Below, piece by piece: positions 12,501 through 23,362 of a stretch of DNA of 64,000 bases. The position numbers were made by a program, and so were the translations under genes. A model generated the notes under the pieces. It was not told where the DNA came from and made no database searches. It saw only the letters and a list, made by a program, of their open reading frames with translations. Every line of letters begins with the position of its first letter. The first letter of the stretch is position 1. The stretch is from Macrostomum lignano (taxonomy: Eukaryota), in contig NIVC01001194.1 of the NCBI GenBank assembly GCA_002269645.1, positions 1 through 64,000 of the forward strand. The letters are read 5' to 3'.

Positions 12501-13802
12501 GTTGCTGGGCCACCAGCCTCCCAGATCCTCAGTTGCTGGGCCACCAGCCTCCCAGATCCCTAGTTGCTGGGCCAGCCTTCCAGATCCCCAGTTGCTGGGC
12601 CACCAGCCTCCCAGATCCTCAGTTGCTGGGCCAGCCTCCCAGATCGTCAGTTGCTGGGCCACCAGCCTCCCAGATCCTCAGTTGCTGGGCCACCAGCCTC
12701 CCAGATCCTCAGTTGCTGGGCCACCAGCCTCCCAGATCCCTAGTTGCTGGGCCAGCCTTCCAGATCCTCAGTTGCTGGGCCACCAGCCTCCCAGATCCTC
12801 AGTTGCTGGGCCACCAGCCTCCCAGATCCTCAGTTGCTGGGCCACCAGCCTCCCAGATCCCTAGTTGCTGGGCCAGCCTCCCAGACCCCCAGTTGCTGGG
12901 CCAGCCTCCCAGATCCCCAGTTGCTGGGCCACCAGCCTCCCAGACCCCTAGTTGCTGTGCCAACCTCCCAGATCCCCAGTTGCTGGGCCACCAGCCTCCC
13001 AGATCCTCAGTTGCTGGGCCATCAGCCTCCCAGATCCCTAGTTGCTGGGCCAGCCTTCCAGATCCTTAGTTGCTGGGCCAGCCTTCCAGATCCTCAGTTG
13101 CTGGGCCAGCCTCCCAGATCCTCAGTTGCTGGGCCACCAGCCTCCCAGATCCTCAGTTGCTGGGCCACCAGCCTCCCAGATCCCTAGTTGCTGGGCCAGC
13201 CTTCCAGATCCCCAGTTGCTGGGCCAGCCTCCCAGATCCTCAGTTGCTGGGTCAGCCTCACAGATCCCCAGTTGCTGGGCCATGATGTACACCAAAGCAC
13301 ACCAGAAGCCGTCACTCACATCCCACAGTGAGCTGAGTCGCCTCGCTCATCACCAGAGGCCGCCCACTGCTGTCCCGGCAACCGCACCGGTACCAGCCGC
13401 TGTGCCGGCTAACGCTGACGTTGGCAAAATGAAAAGCAGCAACGCTAGAATTGCGCCACAGCTGTGGCAGAAACGTCATCTTGGTTGAGTCCGATGGGTC
13501 CTGGTTGAATAGCAAACGGACTTGGTCCAGTGGAGTGCTGTTAACAAGAGCTTGCAGTTGCTTCTGATAGTGGCAGAAAAATGTTACATTGCTGCTTTCT
13601 AGAAGCACTTTGTCTGCTGGACTTTGCTCCAGAACTGTGGGAAAAGTTGGTGCATTTAAAGTGTTAAAAATACATCAAACTGAGTTGCTATCAGTTAATA
13701 CTTCAGAGTCTCACCAAACACTGCTGGAAGCTGAGCTGCAGCAGCCACCATCAGACCCGTCAGCAGAGTTGCTGCTGTCAGGCCAGCCCCACCGATCAGC
13801 AT
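6595..13802 (-). CDS. Class I cytokine receptor-like protein A (gp130/Domeless-like: signal peptide, Ig, cytokine-binding module, FN3, TM, short tail), ~602 aa
   Basis: Exons 13802-13715 (signal MLIGGAGLTAATLLTGLMVAAAA), 13634-13320 (Ig: VTFFC...SGWYRCGC...LTVG), 12142-11965, 10071-9893 (CNQLGW...FDLRDK), 9626-9278 (EKPGPVRKL...[16 protein letters not shown]), 9097-8506 (NGRILLYRV FN3; TM LVLLVVGSILIVSAIGVAMAV) and 6702-6595. Phases are consistent. From recalled gp130 sequence, the motifs parallel NALG...KPNPPHNL, IRC...GYWSDWS and NGKILDYEV. A possible extra last exon lies at 5469-5365. Confidence 0.75.
6720..8420. repeat. G-rich 25-28-bp intronic minisatellite (acattggggtggtaggggaggtgtgt)n
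   Basis: 1.7-kb array in the last intron of receptor A. It produces the spurious Pro/His/Thr-rich ORFs. Confidence 0.95.
9650..9860. repeat. 20-bp minisatellite (tgaatgatcccagtgctacc)n
   Basis: Fills intron 9627-9892 of receptor A. Confidence 0.95.
10313..10930. repeat. 28-31-bp minisatellite (cagcaactgaggatctgggaggctggtggcc)n, left arm of an inverted pair
   Basis: The unit is the reverse complement of the array at 12235-13282. Confidence 0.95.
11655..11838. repeat. 16-bp minisatellite (ggtgctggcgcccctt)n
   Basis: About 11 near-perfect units. Confidence 0.95.
12235..13282. repeat. 28-31-bp minisatellite (gttgctgggccaccagcctcccagatcctca)n, right arm of an inverted pair
   Basis: Reverse complement of the 10313-10930 unit. 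Confidence 0.95.
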
Positions 13803-13894
13803 GGCAACAAACACTGCTGCTTGTTGATACTGGCTGCAATTTTGTTATAATCAGTATATATGATAATAGCTCAGTTGCTTGATTTTCAACTATT

Positions 13895-14175
13895 AATAAT
13901 AAAAATAATCGATTACCCCTGCCCCAATTGGGCCAGATGTGCAACCGACAGCTCAGCCGCAGCTATTGCGCGGCGCATCTGAAAGCTGCGTACGGCTGTT
14001 CAGTCCAAGGACTGGGGGAGGGGGGGGGTCGCCACACACCCTCAATTACCCCAGCTAATGCTGGCACCCATTTTACAGCTGGGTGAACTGAAGCAATGCA
14101 GAGTTATAAGTGTCTTGCTCAGGGGACACAGATTGTTCCTAGTGGGATCGGGAATCGAACCCCCTCGCTACAACC
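13895..14175 (-). mobile_element. 5'-truncated tRNA-derived CORE-type SINE remnant
   Basis: The minus strand has a Pol III B-box (GGTTCGATTCCC) followed by ctgtgtcccctgagcaagacactt...cttcagttcacccagctgtaaaatggg. This resembles the MIR CORE (ctgtgtgaccttgggcaagttactt...ctcagtttcctcatctgtaaaatggg). It ends in an A/T-rich tail. Confidence 0.7.
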
Positions 14176-14677
14176 CCCTGGAGAAGAATATTCCTTCAAC
14201 GGAATTCCCCACAAGAAGAATTTCCAAGAACCGCCGAATTTTTCTGTAAAGAAGAACTTTTCTATTGGGAATTCCTTTTCAGAGAAGAATTCTCCTGCAT
14301 CGGTATGAGTAAAGTATTTAAAAAGCGACTCTAAAACGAGTAGATGTCAAGGTACAAGTTGCCCCAGAATCATGCACATTGAGGCGTCTTAATGTCTTCT
14401 GCGACTCTAAAACAGCTCGGGAGCGACAGTATAACGACTATGGGGGCGTAGTGTCCACAGTAAAGTTGCGTTTGAACCACTAACTAGCTTACTGAGTAAG
14501 TAGAAAGTTAAGCGTCAACACAACGATTCTTGGGCAACTCTTTTAAGATTCTAAGTTAAAAAAGGGGGGGGCATCACAAACCCTAATAATCACAACTCCA
14601 AAAAGCGCTTTCCATCATAAACCCGAAATATCATAAACCCAAAATTGATAGCAATGTCCAACACTATTTTGGTTTTC

Positions 14678-15210
14678 GGAGTTATGATATTTCGGTTTTA
14701 TGAAGGGCGTTGCTAACACTTTCGGAGTTATGATATTTCGGTTTTATGAAGGGCGTTGCTAACACTTTCGGAGTTATGATATTTCGGTTTTATGAAGGGC
14801 GTTGCTAACACTTTCGGAGTTATGATATTTCGGTTTTATGAAGGGCGTTGCTAACACTTTCGGAGTTATGATATTTCGGTTTTATGATGGGCGTTGCGAA
14901 CACTTTCGGAGTTATGATATTTCGGTTTTATGAAGGGCGTTGCTAACACTTTCGGAGTTATGATATTTCGGGTTTATGAAGGGCGTTGCTAACACTTTCG
15001 GAGTTATGATATTTCGGGTTTATGAAGGGCGTTGCTAACACTTTCGGAGTTATGATATTTCGGGTTTATGAAGGGCGTTGCTAACACTTTCGGAGTTATG
15101 ATATTTCGGTTTTATGAAGGGCGTTGCTAACACTTTCGGAGTTATGATATTTCGGTTTTATGAAGGGCGTTGCTAACACTTTCGGAGTTATGATATTTCG
15201 GTTTTGTGAT
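14678..15210. repeat. 46-bp minisatellite (ttcggagttatgatatttcggttttatgaagggcgttgctaacact)n
   Basis: About 11-12 near-identical units. An inverted partial unit lies at ~14615-14645. Confidence 0.95.
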
Positions 15211-15717
15211 GGCGACCCTTAAAAGTCGCAAGAATCCGAGCCCGAGAGTTGCAATGATTTTTTAGCGATTCTTGTTTTCAACGGGTCCGCTCATTACGCT
15301 GATCCCTGGGCCCTTTTTAGACTTTCTAATCGTCAGGCATGTACACTCTCCGTGTCTTATGGGGGTTGGGCTAATTTTCGTGAATCGAACCTGGGGGGGG
15401 GGGAATCTCTGCTTCCCTGCCCCACCCTATCCTTAGCTTTTACAGTAAGCTCAGAAAGAAAATATGAACACAAAAAGACATTTCTGGAAGGAAAAATGCT
15501 TTAAAAATGTATATTGAAGAACTATCAAACCGGAACCATAATAAAAAAGAGTAAATAAAAAGTCAGACTAGAGTGTAAAATATACATGTAAACTTTAGGA
15601 AGAAAAGTTATTGAGCAACAATAAAAGGGGAGGATAAAAAAGAACCCATAAAAAAGTTAAGTACACAGAGTACTCTATAAATTTGAACACTGAAAAAAAT
15701 CGATCAATTCGATATCG

Positions 15718-18700
15718 CTAGAAGCACTGGGACCGGCTGCTGTATCCCGGTTCGACTGTGGTGGTGCAATCAGCAGCGGTAGACTCAGTCTGCTGACTGG
15801 CAGCTGGTGTCTCTGATGTCGCAAATTGATGAGCAACTGACATGGCAGACTTCGGCCAACTGGCTGCATTGTGAGTGTTTTGAGTTTCGTTGCTGTCAGC
15901 GGCTGCAGCAGATGGGGGCCAAGAGTAGCTCTGCTCTGCCATCAGCATCTGTTGGCAGGCATTGGGTGTGGGTAAATAATTCCCTTACTATTAGACAAGC
16001 AATTAATTCTCTAATCCAAATAAACAGGTAAATAATTCCCCTCTGCAGTTACATTAGGGGCGGTAGCGGATGTGTACATTGGGGGCGGCAGGGGAGGTGT
16101 GTACATTGGGGGTGGCAGGGGAGGTGTGTACATTGGGGTGGCAGGGGAGGTGTGTACATTGGGGTGGCAGGGGAGGTGTGTACATTGGGGGTGGCAGGGG
16201 AGGTGTGTACATTGGGGGTGGCAGGGGAGGTGTGTACATTGGGGGTGGTAGGGGAGGTGTGTACAATGGGGGTGGCAAGGCAAGTATGTACATTGACAAC
16301 CAGTCAGTATGCTAAACCCGGCTACATAAACTTCATAACCATGATTTGAAAAGCGACTCACCGTTGCGTCGGGTTCAGAAATGTACTTTTGTGGGTCAGA
16401 CTTTGGCACTGCTTGAGCCTGACGCCGCATTTTCAAACGTCTAACAGCCATAGCAACGCCAACGACAATTAAAACTGAAACTGCTAAAAGAACCAGATGC
16501 CAGGATAAAAAACCGGATGAACCTTCAGTCGTTGCAAAAGCAGACACAGGCAAAACTGGACACGCAACACCTCTGCGAATTTGCCAGGTGTTTTTGGCAA
16601 ATCCTCGATTCTGATGATTGGCTACAGATGACGTCACCGGCTTGGTCACGTGACCAGACCGGTTGCAGTCTGCGATAAAGTTTGTTGAGTTCATCAGGCA
16701 GCTGACAAATGTCTGACTGTCCGAACCACCTGAGCAAGCAGCTGTCAAAGGTGGCAGGTGAATTAAACGATTTGGCAAACTTGAATTCTCGCCGTAAGAT
16801 GTGGAGGCGAAGATTGCCAAAGTTGACTCAAACTCGAGGCTGAGCATGGAGGAGTTGAGAACAATGCTGAGATATGAGGCTGTTGAGAATTTGTCAGAAA
16901 CAGCCAGCGTTTCACTCTGATTGGTGCCGAGGTTTGCGACTCTGTAGAGCAGGACTCGGCCGTTCCTGCAGCTCCTGCGGCGATTTTAAAGGGCGATTTT
17001 TACAAACAATTCTGAAGAGGCGATTCTGCAGAGGCGATTCTGAAGAGGCGATTTTGAAGAGCCGATTCTGAAGAGGCGATTCTGCAGAGGCGATTCTGAA
17101 GAGGCGATTTTGAAGAGGCGATTCTGAAGGGGCGATTCTGCAGAGGCGATTCTGAAGAGGCGATTTTGAAGAGGCGATTTTAACGAGGCGATTTTGAGGA
17201 GGCGATTCTGCAGAGGCGATTCTGAAGAGGCGATTCTGAAGAGGCGATTCTGCAGAGGCGATTCTGAAGAGGCGATTCTGCAGAGGCGATTCTGAAGAGG
17301 CGATTCTGAAGAGGCGATTCTGAAGAAGTGATTTTTAAGTAGCGTTTAAAAAGAGGCCATTCCGAAAAAGCGATTTTAAGATGCGATTCTGAAGAGGCAA
17401 TTCTGAAGAGGCGATTTCAAAATGTAATTTGTGAAAAAGCTAAAAGATGGGAACTTCGAAAATAATTTGTGGGACTACCGGTAATCGATCACCTATCCTG
17501 TAATTTACAGCAGATGATGAAGTTGCAAAAAAACGAAAGCGCTCTCTCACCTGTCGGAGGCTGGGAACAACAGCTGGCTGGGAGGCAGCAGAAATGCCTC
17601 ATCAAGCTCCGGGTTGCATGGCAGCCACTCCCCTGATCTGCCGCTACCGCTCGAGTTGTCGCTCCAGTGGCCGCTGAAGTGCCGCGGTCTGCAGCGGACG
17701 GTCACCGAGTACTTCGTGTCGGGACTGACTGCAACGGAGACGGCTGTGGAGTTGGTTGCGAGGCTGCGGCCGTCAGACAGAAGCACCTGGTAGCTGTACT
17801 CCTGGTTGCCAGGCAACGGTGAGCTTGGTGCCGTCCAGCTGATGTTGAGCTGCTGGGGCTCAAAGTGGAGGGCCAGCTTCTTGACGGGGCTGGGCTTCTC
17901 TGGAATGCATTTGGAGTGATCCCGGTTATGACTGAGTGATCCCGGTGCTACCTGAATGATCCCAGTGCTACCTGAATGATCCCAGTGCTGCCTGAATGAT
18001 CCCAGTGCTACCTGAATGATCCCAGTGCTACCTGAATGATCCCAGTGCTACCTGAATGATCCCAGTGCTACCTGAATGATCCCAGTGCTGCCTGAATGAT
18101 CCCAGTGCTACCTGAATGATCCCAGTGCTACCTGACTGATCCCAGTGCTACCTGAATGATCCCAGTGCTACCTGAATGATCGCAGTGCTACCTGAATGAT
18201 CCCAGTGCTGCCTGAATGATCTCACATCTACCTAACAATAAAATCTATGCAATAATCGCAAAAGCCAAACTTATGGAACACCTTTATCTCACCTTTATCG
18301 CGCAAATCAAACTCATACAGCTGAGTGCTGCACCATTGCAGCTGATTGCACAGTGTCAGAGTCACATTGACCCGATATTTAAATATGTACACAGAGCTCT
18401 GAGCCAGCTCCAAGCCCCAGTCGCAGACACCTGTCCTGTCATTGTAATTATCGCAATCGCCCTGCTTATCTCTGCAATTTGAGTCGCTTTGTACAGTCAG
18501 TTTGGTCTATGGCAGAAAGCACTACATCTGCAAAGTGGCTCTGACTTACCCCAGATAATAATGGAGCCGTATTGAGACTGAACCGCCCAGCTCAGGCGGA
18601 ACTCCACTGGCATTGGCGATGAAGGATGGGGCCGGGTGAATTTTTGAACTCAAAACTTTTCGGTCTAGCCAATAGAAACTGAGGTTCGCAGCGCGAGGCT

Positions 18701-18954
18701 TTGCTGGAAACATCGAAGGATAATGCGCTCGGGTATTTAAATATGCGAGCTTTGTTGCCAGCTCTGCTTTTGTATGCCTTGTGCGAATGTCTGCGTGCGA
18801 TTCTGTCATGCTGTAGCTGTCCCAGGATTTGCGATAGACAGACAACTGGTGTCAGCTCTGGTTGCCTTAGTGTCTGTCTTTCTGTCTTTCTGCCTGTCTG
18901 CCTGTGTGCCTGTCTATCTCTCTGTCTGTCTGTCTGTATTAGTGTTTGTCTGTG

Positions 18955-18989
<35 letters not shown>

Positions 18990-19142
18990 GCGTGTGTCTG
19001 TCTGTCTGTCTGTCTGTCTGTCTTAGTGTCTGTCTGTCTTTCTGTCTGTCAGTTTGTCTCTGTCTGTGTGTCTGTCTGTCTGTCTGTGCGTGTGTCTGTC
19101 TGTCTGTCTGTCTTAGTGTTTGTCTATGTGTCTGTCTGTCTG

Positions 19143-19200
<58 letters not shown>

Positions 19201-20026
19201 GCGTGTGTCTGTCTGTCTGTCTGTCTGTCTGTATTAGTGTTTGTCTGTGTGTCTTTCTGTCTGGTCTGTCTGTCTGTCTGTGCGTGTGTCTGTCTGTCTG
19301 TCTGGTCTGGTCTGGTTTGTCTGTCTGTCTGTCTTAGTGTCTAGTGTCTGTCTGTCCGTCCGTCCGTCTGTATGTCTACCTGTCTGCCTGTCTGTCTGTG
19401 TGAGTGTCTGAGTGTCTTTCTGTCTACCAGTCAAACTGCCTACCTACCTATCTAGCTGGCTGTCTGCCTACCTACCTAACTACCTACCTATCCGTCTATC
19501 TGACTTTCTTCAACTGTCTGTCTGTTTTAGCGTTTGTTTTTTAGTATGTCTGTCTATCTGTCTTCCAAACCCGTCACTCACAGCCAACCAAAAGTCTGGT
19601 GGGGTGACTCAAAACCCACAGCCGATTTGTAGAGACGTTCGCAGAGTCAGCGGCAGTAAAAGTGCAGCCGCACCAATACCAGCCGGTGTAGCCGCCGAAT
19701 GTGCTCACATTGCTGAGCAGAAAACTCGCTAAAGAATGATTCCGGCATGAGTGATTTATCATCAGCAGCTCAGTAGTGCTGGCAGATTGCCAATCAGATC
19801 TCCTCGGTGAGTACAGCAGAGTCAAATTCGAGCATCGCTGATTGGCTGCTGCTTGGCCGGAGCATTGAAAAGTGACGTCACTGCCAGCTTGAAGCACGTG
19901 GCTGCCGTTTGGCCATATATTTGGCCTTAAAAAATCATTGGAGACTGAGGAATATTCTTCCAATTTAGCACTGAGCAGTGGGAGCAAAACTAATCCGATA
20001 ATTGCCGGCCAGATCGAGGCGAGCAT
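15718..20026 (-). CDS. Class I cytokine receptor-like protein B (gp130/Domeless-like), ~685 aa
   Basis: Exons 20026-19582 (signal [20 protein letters not shown] plus Ig VTFQC...YTGWYWCGC...LLVG), 18790-18550 (FPAKP..NLS), 18471-18293, 17899-17551 (GHWSDNS), 16974-16362 (FN3, TM) and 15948-15718 (TAG). Total 2058 nt with consistent phases 1,2,1,2,0. Confidence 0.78.
16070..16290. repeat. G-rich minisatellite, short counterpart of 6720-8420
   Basis: Unit ggggtggcaggggaggtgtgtacatt, in the equivalent intron of receptor B. Confidence 0.9.
17010..17415. repeat. 14-bp minisatellite (gaagaggcgattct)n
   Basis: Expanded in receptor B. Only about 2-3 units occur at the equivalent site in receptor A (~9110-9150). 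Confidence 0.9.
17915..18220. repeat. 20-bp minisatellite (tgaatgatcccagtgctacc)n
   Basis: Intron of receptor B, equivalent to 9650-9860. Confidence 0.95.
18840..19560. repeat. (GTCT)n-type compound microsatellite
   Basis: Imperfect tetranucleotide runs in intron 1 of receptor B. Confidence 0.95.
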
Positions 20027-20134
20027 TCGTGGGGAGGCTGGAAAAGTGACGAATTAGAAGCATTGGCTGCGGATTGCAGTGCCCTGCTGGCCTAATAATA
20101 ACTACATAAATATAGTAGCTCTTATTACGAGCGT

Positions 20135-20189
20135 AGTAACAGTAGTAGTAGTAGTAGTAGTAGTAGCAGTAGTAAGTAGTAGTAGTAAT

Positions 20190-20222
<33 letters not shown>

Positions 20223-20229
20223 CAGTAGT

Positions 20230-20266
<37 letters not shown>

Positions 20267-20330
20267 CGCAGCAGCAGTAGTAGCAGTAGTAGTACTAGTA
20301 GTAGTAGTAGTAGTAACAGTAGTAGTATTA
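20135..20330. repeat. (TAG)n microsatellite
   Basis: Directly visible. Confidence 0.95.
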
Positions 20331-22288
20331 CAAGTACCTAGCCGGACGCAAAGCGAAAATGAACAAGATATTACATCGTATTAAAACTTTTTTGGAAAGA
20401 AACTTTTTAAGGCAGGCAACTGTGTTTACTTTCTCGCATCAATAGAGCATCTGAGATTAATTATTATAGCCAGCAGCAATCGTAAAAAATCGTTAAGAAG
20501 ATGCAGGTTTTTTATACAGCTTGGGCACGACAATGGCCAGCAGAGTTTTATGTGCCTGCAGAGATTACTATCCAGTTATTTGAATGAATTCGAAAATTAA
20601 CAATAAATAAAGCAAAAACATAAAAAAATACAGATATGCTTTTACACTACTGTCAGTAGTTTTAGCTTAGGGAATAATTATGGCAGGGATAGATCGTGTA
20701 GTTGGGTGTTCCTTATAATTTGTAAAAATGTAAAAAACGTTGTAAAAAACAGCCAAAAATAAATTGTATCCGAATTAGTATAAAAATTTGAATATCGTGA
20801 AATCATTTTGACATCGCGAAATTCGACAATTAAGTATAAAAAATAGCGTGAGCGCTCGAATATAGGGCTGATGCCCATGCCTTAATATATATCAAGTCAA
20901 TATTCTAGTACGTATTATTATATTTCCTCATTTTATCAGATCCCTTCTGTGTGCGGGATTCCCCTTCCGTCTTTTTTTATCCCTAAATTTGCTAAATACT
21001 ACAAAGTATTAACAAAATAGTTTTATTTATTTTTTGATATTCGTATAAATTTTCCGATCGAAATCTTGTAAATATTTTAACTTTATCGATCAAAAAAAGC
21101 AACACTGCGGCAGAGTTCTTCTGAACTGACCCGCGCCGGTTTCGACGGCACCTCGTTTTAACAAAAATGCATAACAATTAAAGTCGGTTTTCAGTCTTAA
21201 ACAGAATTCTAACTTAAAAGAATATAAGGGTAAGATCAATTTGCACCAATAAAAGGAAGAATATTCTAAAAACGATTGTATGCCTATTCCATCATTTTTC
21301 TGTTTTACATATTTTGAGTAAATAAATCTTACGGTTTCCTGTTTTGATTCTTTAATATTTAGTATCGCATATAACATAATAAAATACAATATCTAAATAC
21401 TGTGATTAGCGAATATATCAGGAACCAGGTGGTAGGATTCTACCAACTAAAACAGTAGTCTACTAAAGAGAACTAAGAATTGTAATAACTTCGAAAGGCA
21501 AACTGCAAAGGCTGGCTTGTAGCACGAAACAGTTGGCTCTGCTGAACTGAGAATTGCAGAGATACCGGAAAGGTAGTTGCAATTCCAAAGCAGAGTGGGA
21601 GGCACCTTTATGGCAGTGTATTTGGGGTGGGTACGCCCCGAGCTTCGTAGAGGGAAGGTAGTGGAACGCACATAGACATAGAAAGATACAATGGGGTGAG
21701 TCACACGCAGACAGACAGACAGAGAGATGTCGGAACCAGACAGACACGCAGTGATTCCATTCCATTCCATTCCGAATGGAATAATGAGAAGGTATTGATG
21801 CCTTTGTAGTGAGCCGCTAGTTTATTGTTAGGCGTCGCCCTTTGTCAGCAGTCGCCCTTGCTCTCGCCCCTCTGCGGGTTGCTGTCTGCCGCTGGTCAGC
21901 TTCCCGCTCCCTTGTCTGTCTGCTCCTGTCCCTTTTGATGAAAAAATTCATCTTATTATAACGATATTTGTTGCTGAAGCATGTCATTTTTCGTAACTTC
22001 TAACTAGACCAACTAATAATTATGTCGTCTAGTTGTGAATAATTGATTACGCGAACTTATACAACTTCAAACGATTTACTTGGCGTTTTAAAGTTTGACG
22101 GAGTTAATGACAAAGTTTTAGTCTTACGAGCGGCACTAAAAAAGTTTTGAGCCTGACCAAGATCTTATAGTGGCAAAGTGTTGAAACTTTAGGCTCTAAA
22201 AGTGCCACATGTTAATAGTCTATTGTCAACTATTCAGAATTTTCTGCATTCCCTAAGCCCCACCGCACCATTTTATTTCCAGCACCCC

Positions 22289-23340
22289 ATGGCATTTTCG
22301 TAAGAATTGAAGCTTGAGCACAGGGCAGTGATTAAATTTCTGACTCTGGAGGGCTCAAAGCCTGCTGAAATTCAAAGCCGCATGGCTAGTGTGTACGCTG
22401 ACGCTGCCCCCTCATACGCCACCATCAAGCGCTAGGCAGCCAAGTTCAAGCGTGGCCGCGACTCGCTCGAAGATGACCCCCGATGTGGACGACCCCGGAA
22501 TGCTGTCACCGCCGACAACATCCAGCGCATCCAGGCTCTGGTTGACAGTGACCAGCGGGTGAAAGTCAGGGAACTTGCAGCATACACTAGACTCTCTGAC
22601 CCGCAAGTCATTGAGATCCTGCACCAGCATCTTCATCTGTCGAAGGTTTCTGCCAGATGGATCCCACGAATCTTGACAAGGGACCAAAAGACCGCACGGG
22701 TGCAGTACTCAAAGCTTGTCATGGACTCCTACGATCCGGACCCTGCCAACTTTCTGTCCTGCTGCGTGACCGGGGATGAGACGTGGATCCATCACCACGA
22801 TCCCGAGTCCAAGCAGTGGCTGCCAGTTGGTTCACCTGCACCACTGAAAGCACGGACTGCATGCAGTGCGGGCAAGATTATGCTGACCGTCTTCTGGGAT
22901 GCCAAGGGCCCGCTGCTGCTGGACTTTCTACTGCACAAGCAGACAGTCACAGGCGCCTACTACGCTGACCTGATCGCCCGTCTGCGCGAGGCAATCAAGG
23001 AAAATAGGCGAGGGATGCTGAGCCGAGGTGTTGTGCTGCTGCACAATGCACCGGCCCACACCAGAAGGATTGCCAAGGCTGCTGTCAGTGTCGCAGGGTT
23101 CCGAGAGCTGCCGCACCCGGCCTATTCATCGGACCTGGCCCCGAGCGACTTCCACCTGTTTCCACATCTCAAGCGGGCGCTCCATGGACAGCGATTTGAC
23201 ACTGATGATGCGCTAAAGGATGCTGCAACTGCTTGGTTTGAGGCTGCTCGGTGCAATTCTTCCAGAGTGGCATTGAGGCGCTGCGATCAAGATGCCATAA
23301 GTGCAGCTTGGTTAGGGGAGACTATGTTGAGAAAAGCTGA
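22289..23340 (+). pseudogene. Mariner transposase pseudogene
   Basis: Two in-frame stops in the N-terminal HTH region (MAFS*ELK..., ATIKR*AAK). The second catalytic Asp is missing (LLHNAPAH instead of LLHDNAPAH). Confidence 0.85.
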
Positions 23341-23362
23341 TCTCACTTTGCCCATATCTCCT

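Noticed and set aside
14140-14175. tRNA gene
   Set aside because: Only a B-box is present, with no A-box or cloverleaf; it is better explained as a SINE remnant.
14678-15210. CRISPR-like array (also considered for 54500-55640 and 10313-13282)
   Set aside because: Units are contiguous with no unique spacers, there are no cas genes, and the context is eukaryotic and intron-containing.
21447-21770. ~100-aa minus-strand ORFs upstream of receptor B
   Set aside because: They start in a (CATTC)/(GTCT) microsatellite, have no recognisable motifs, and have no in-phase splice partners.
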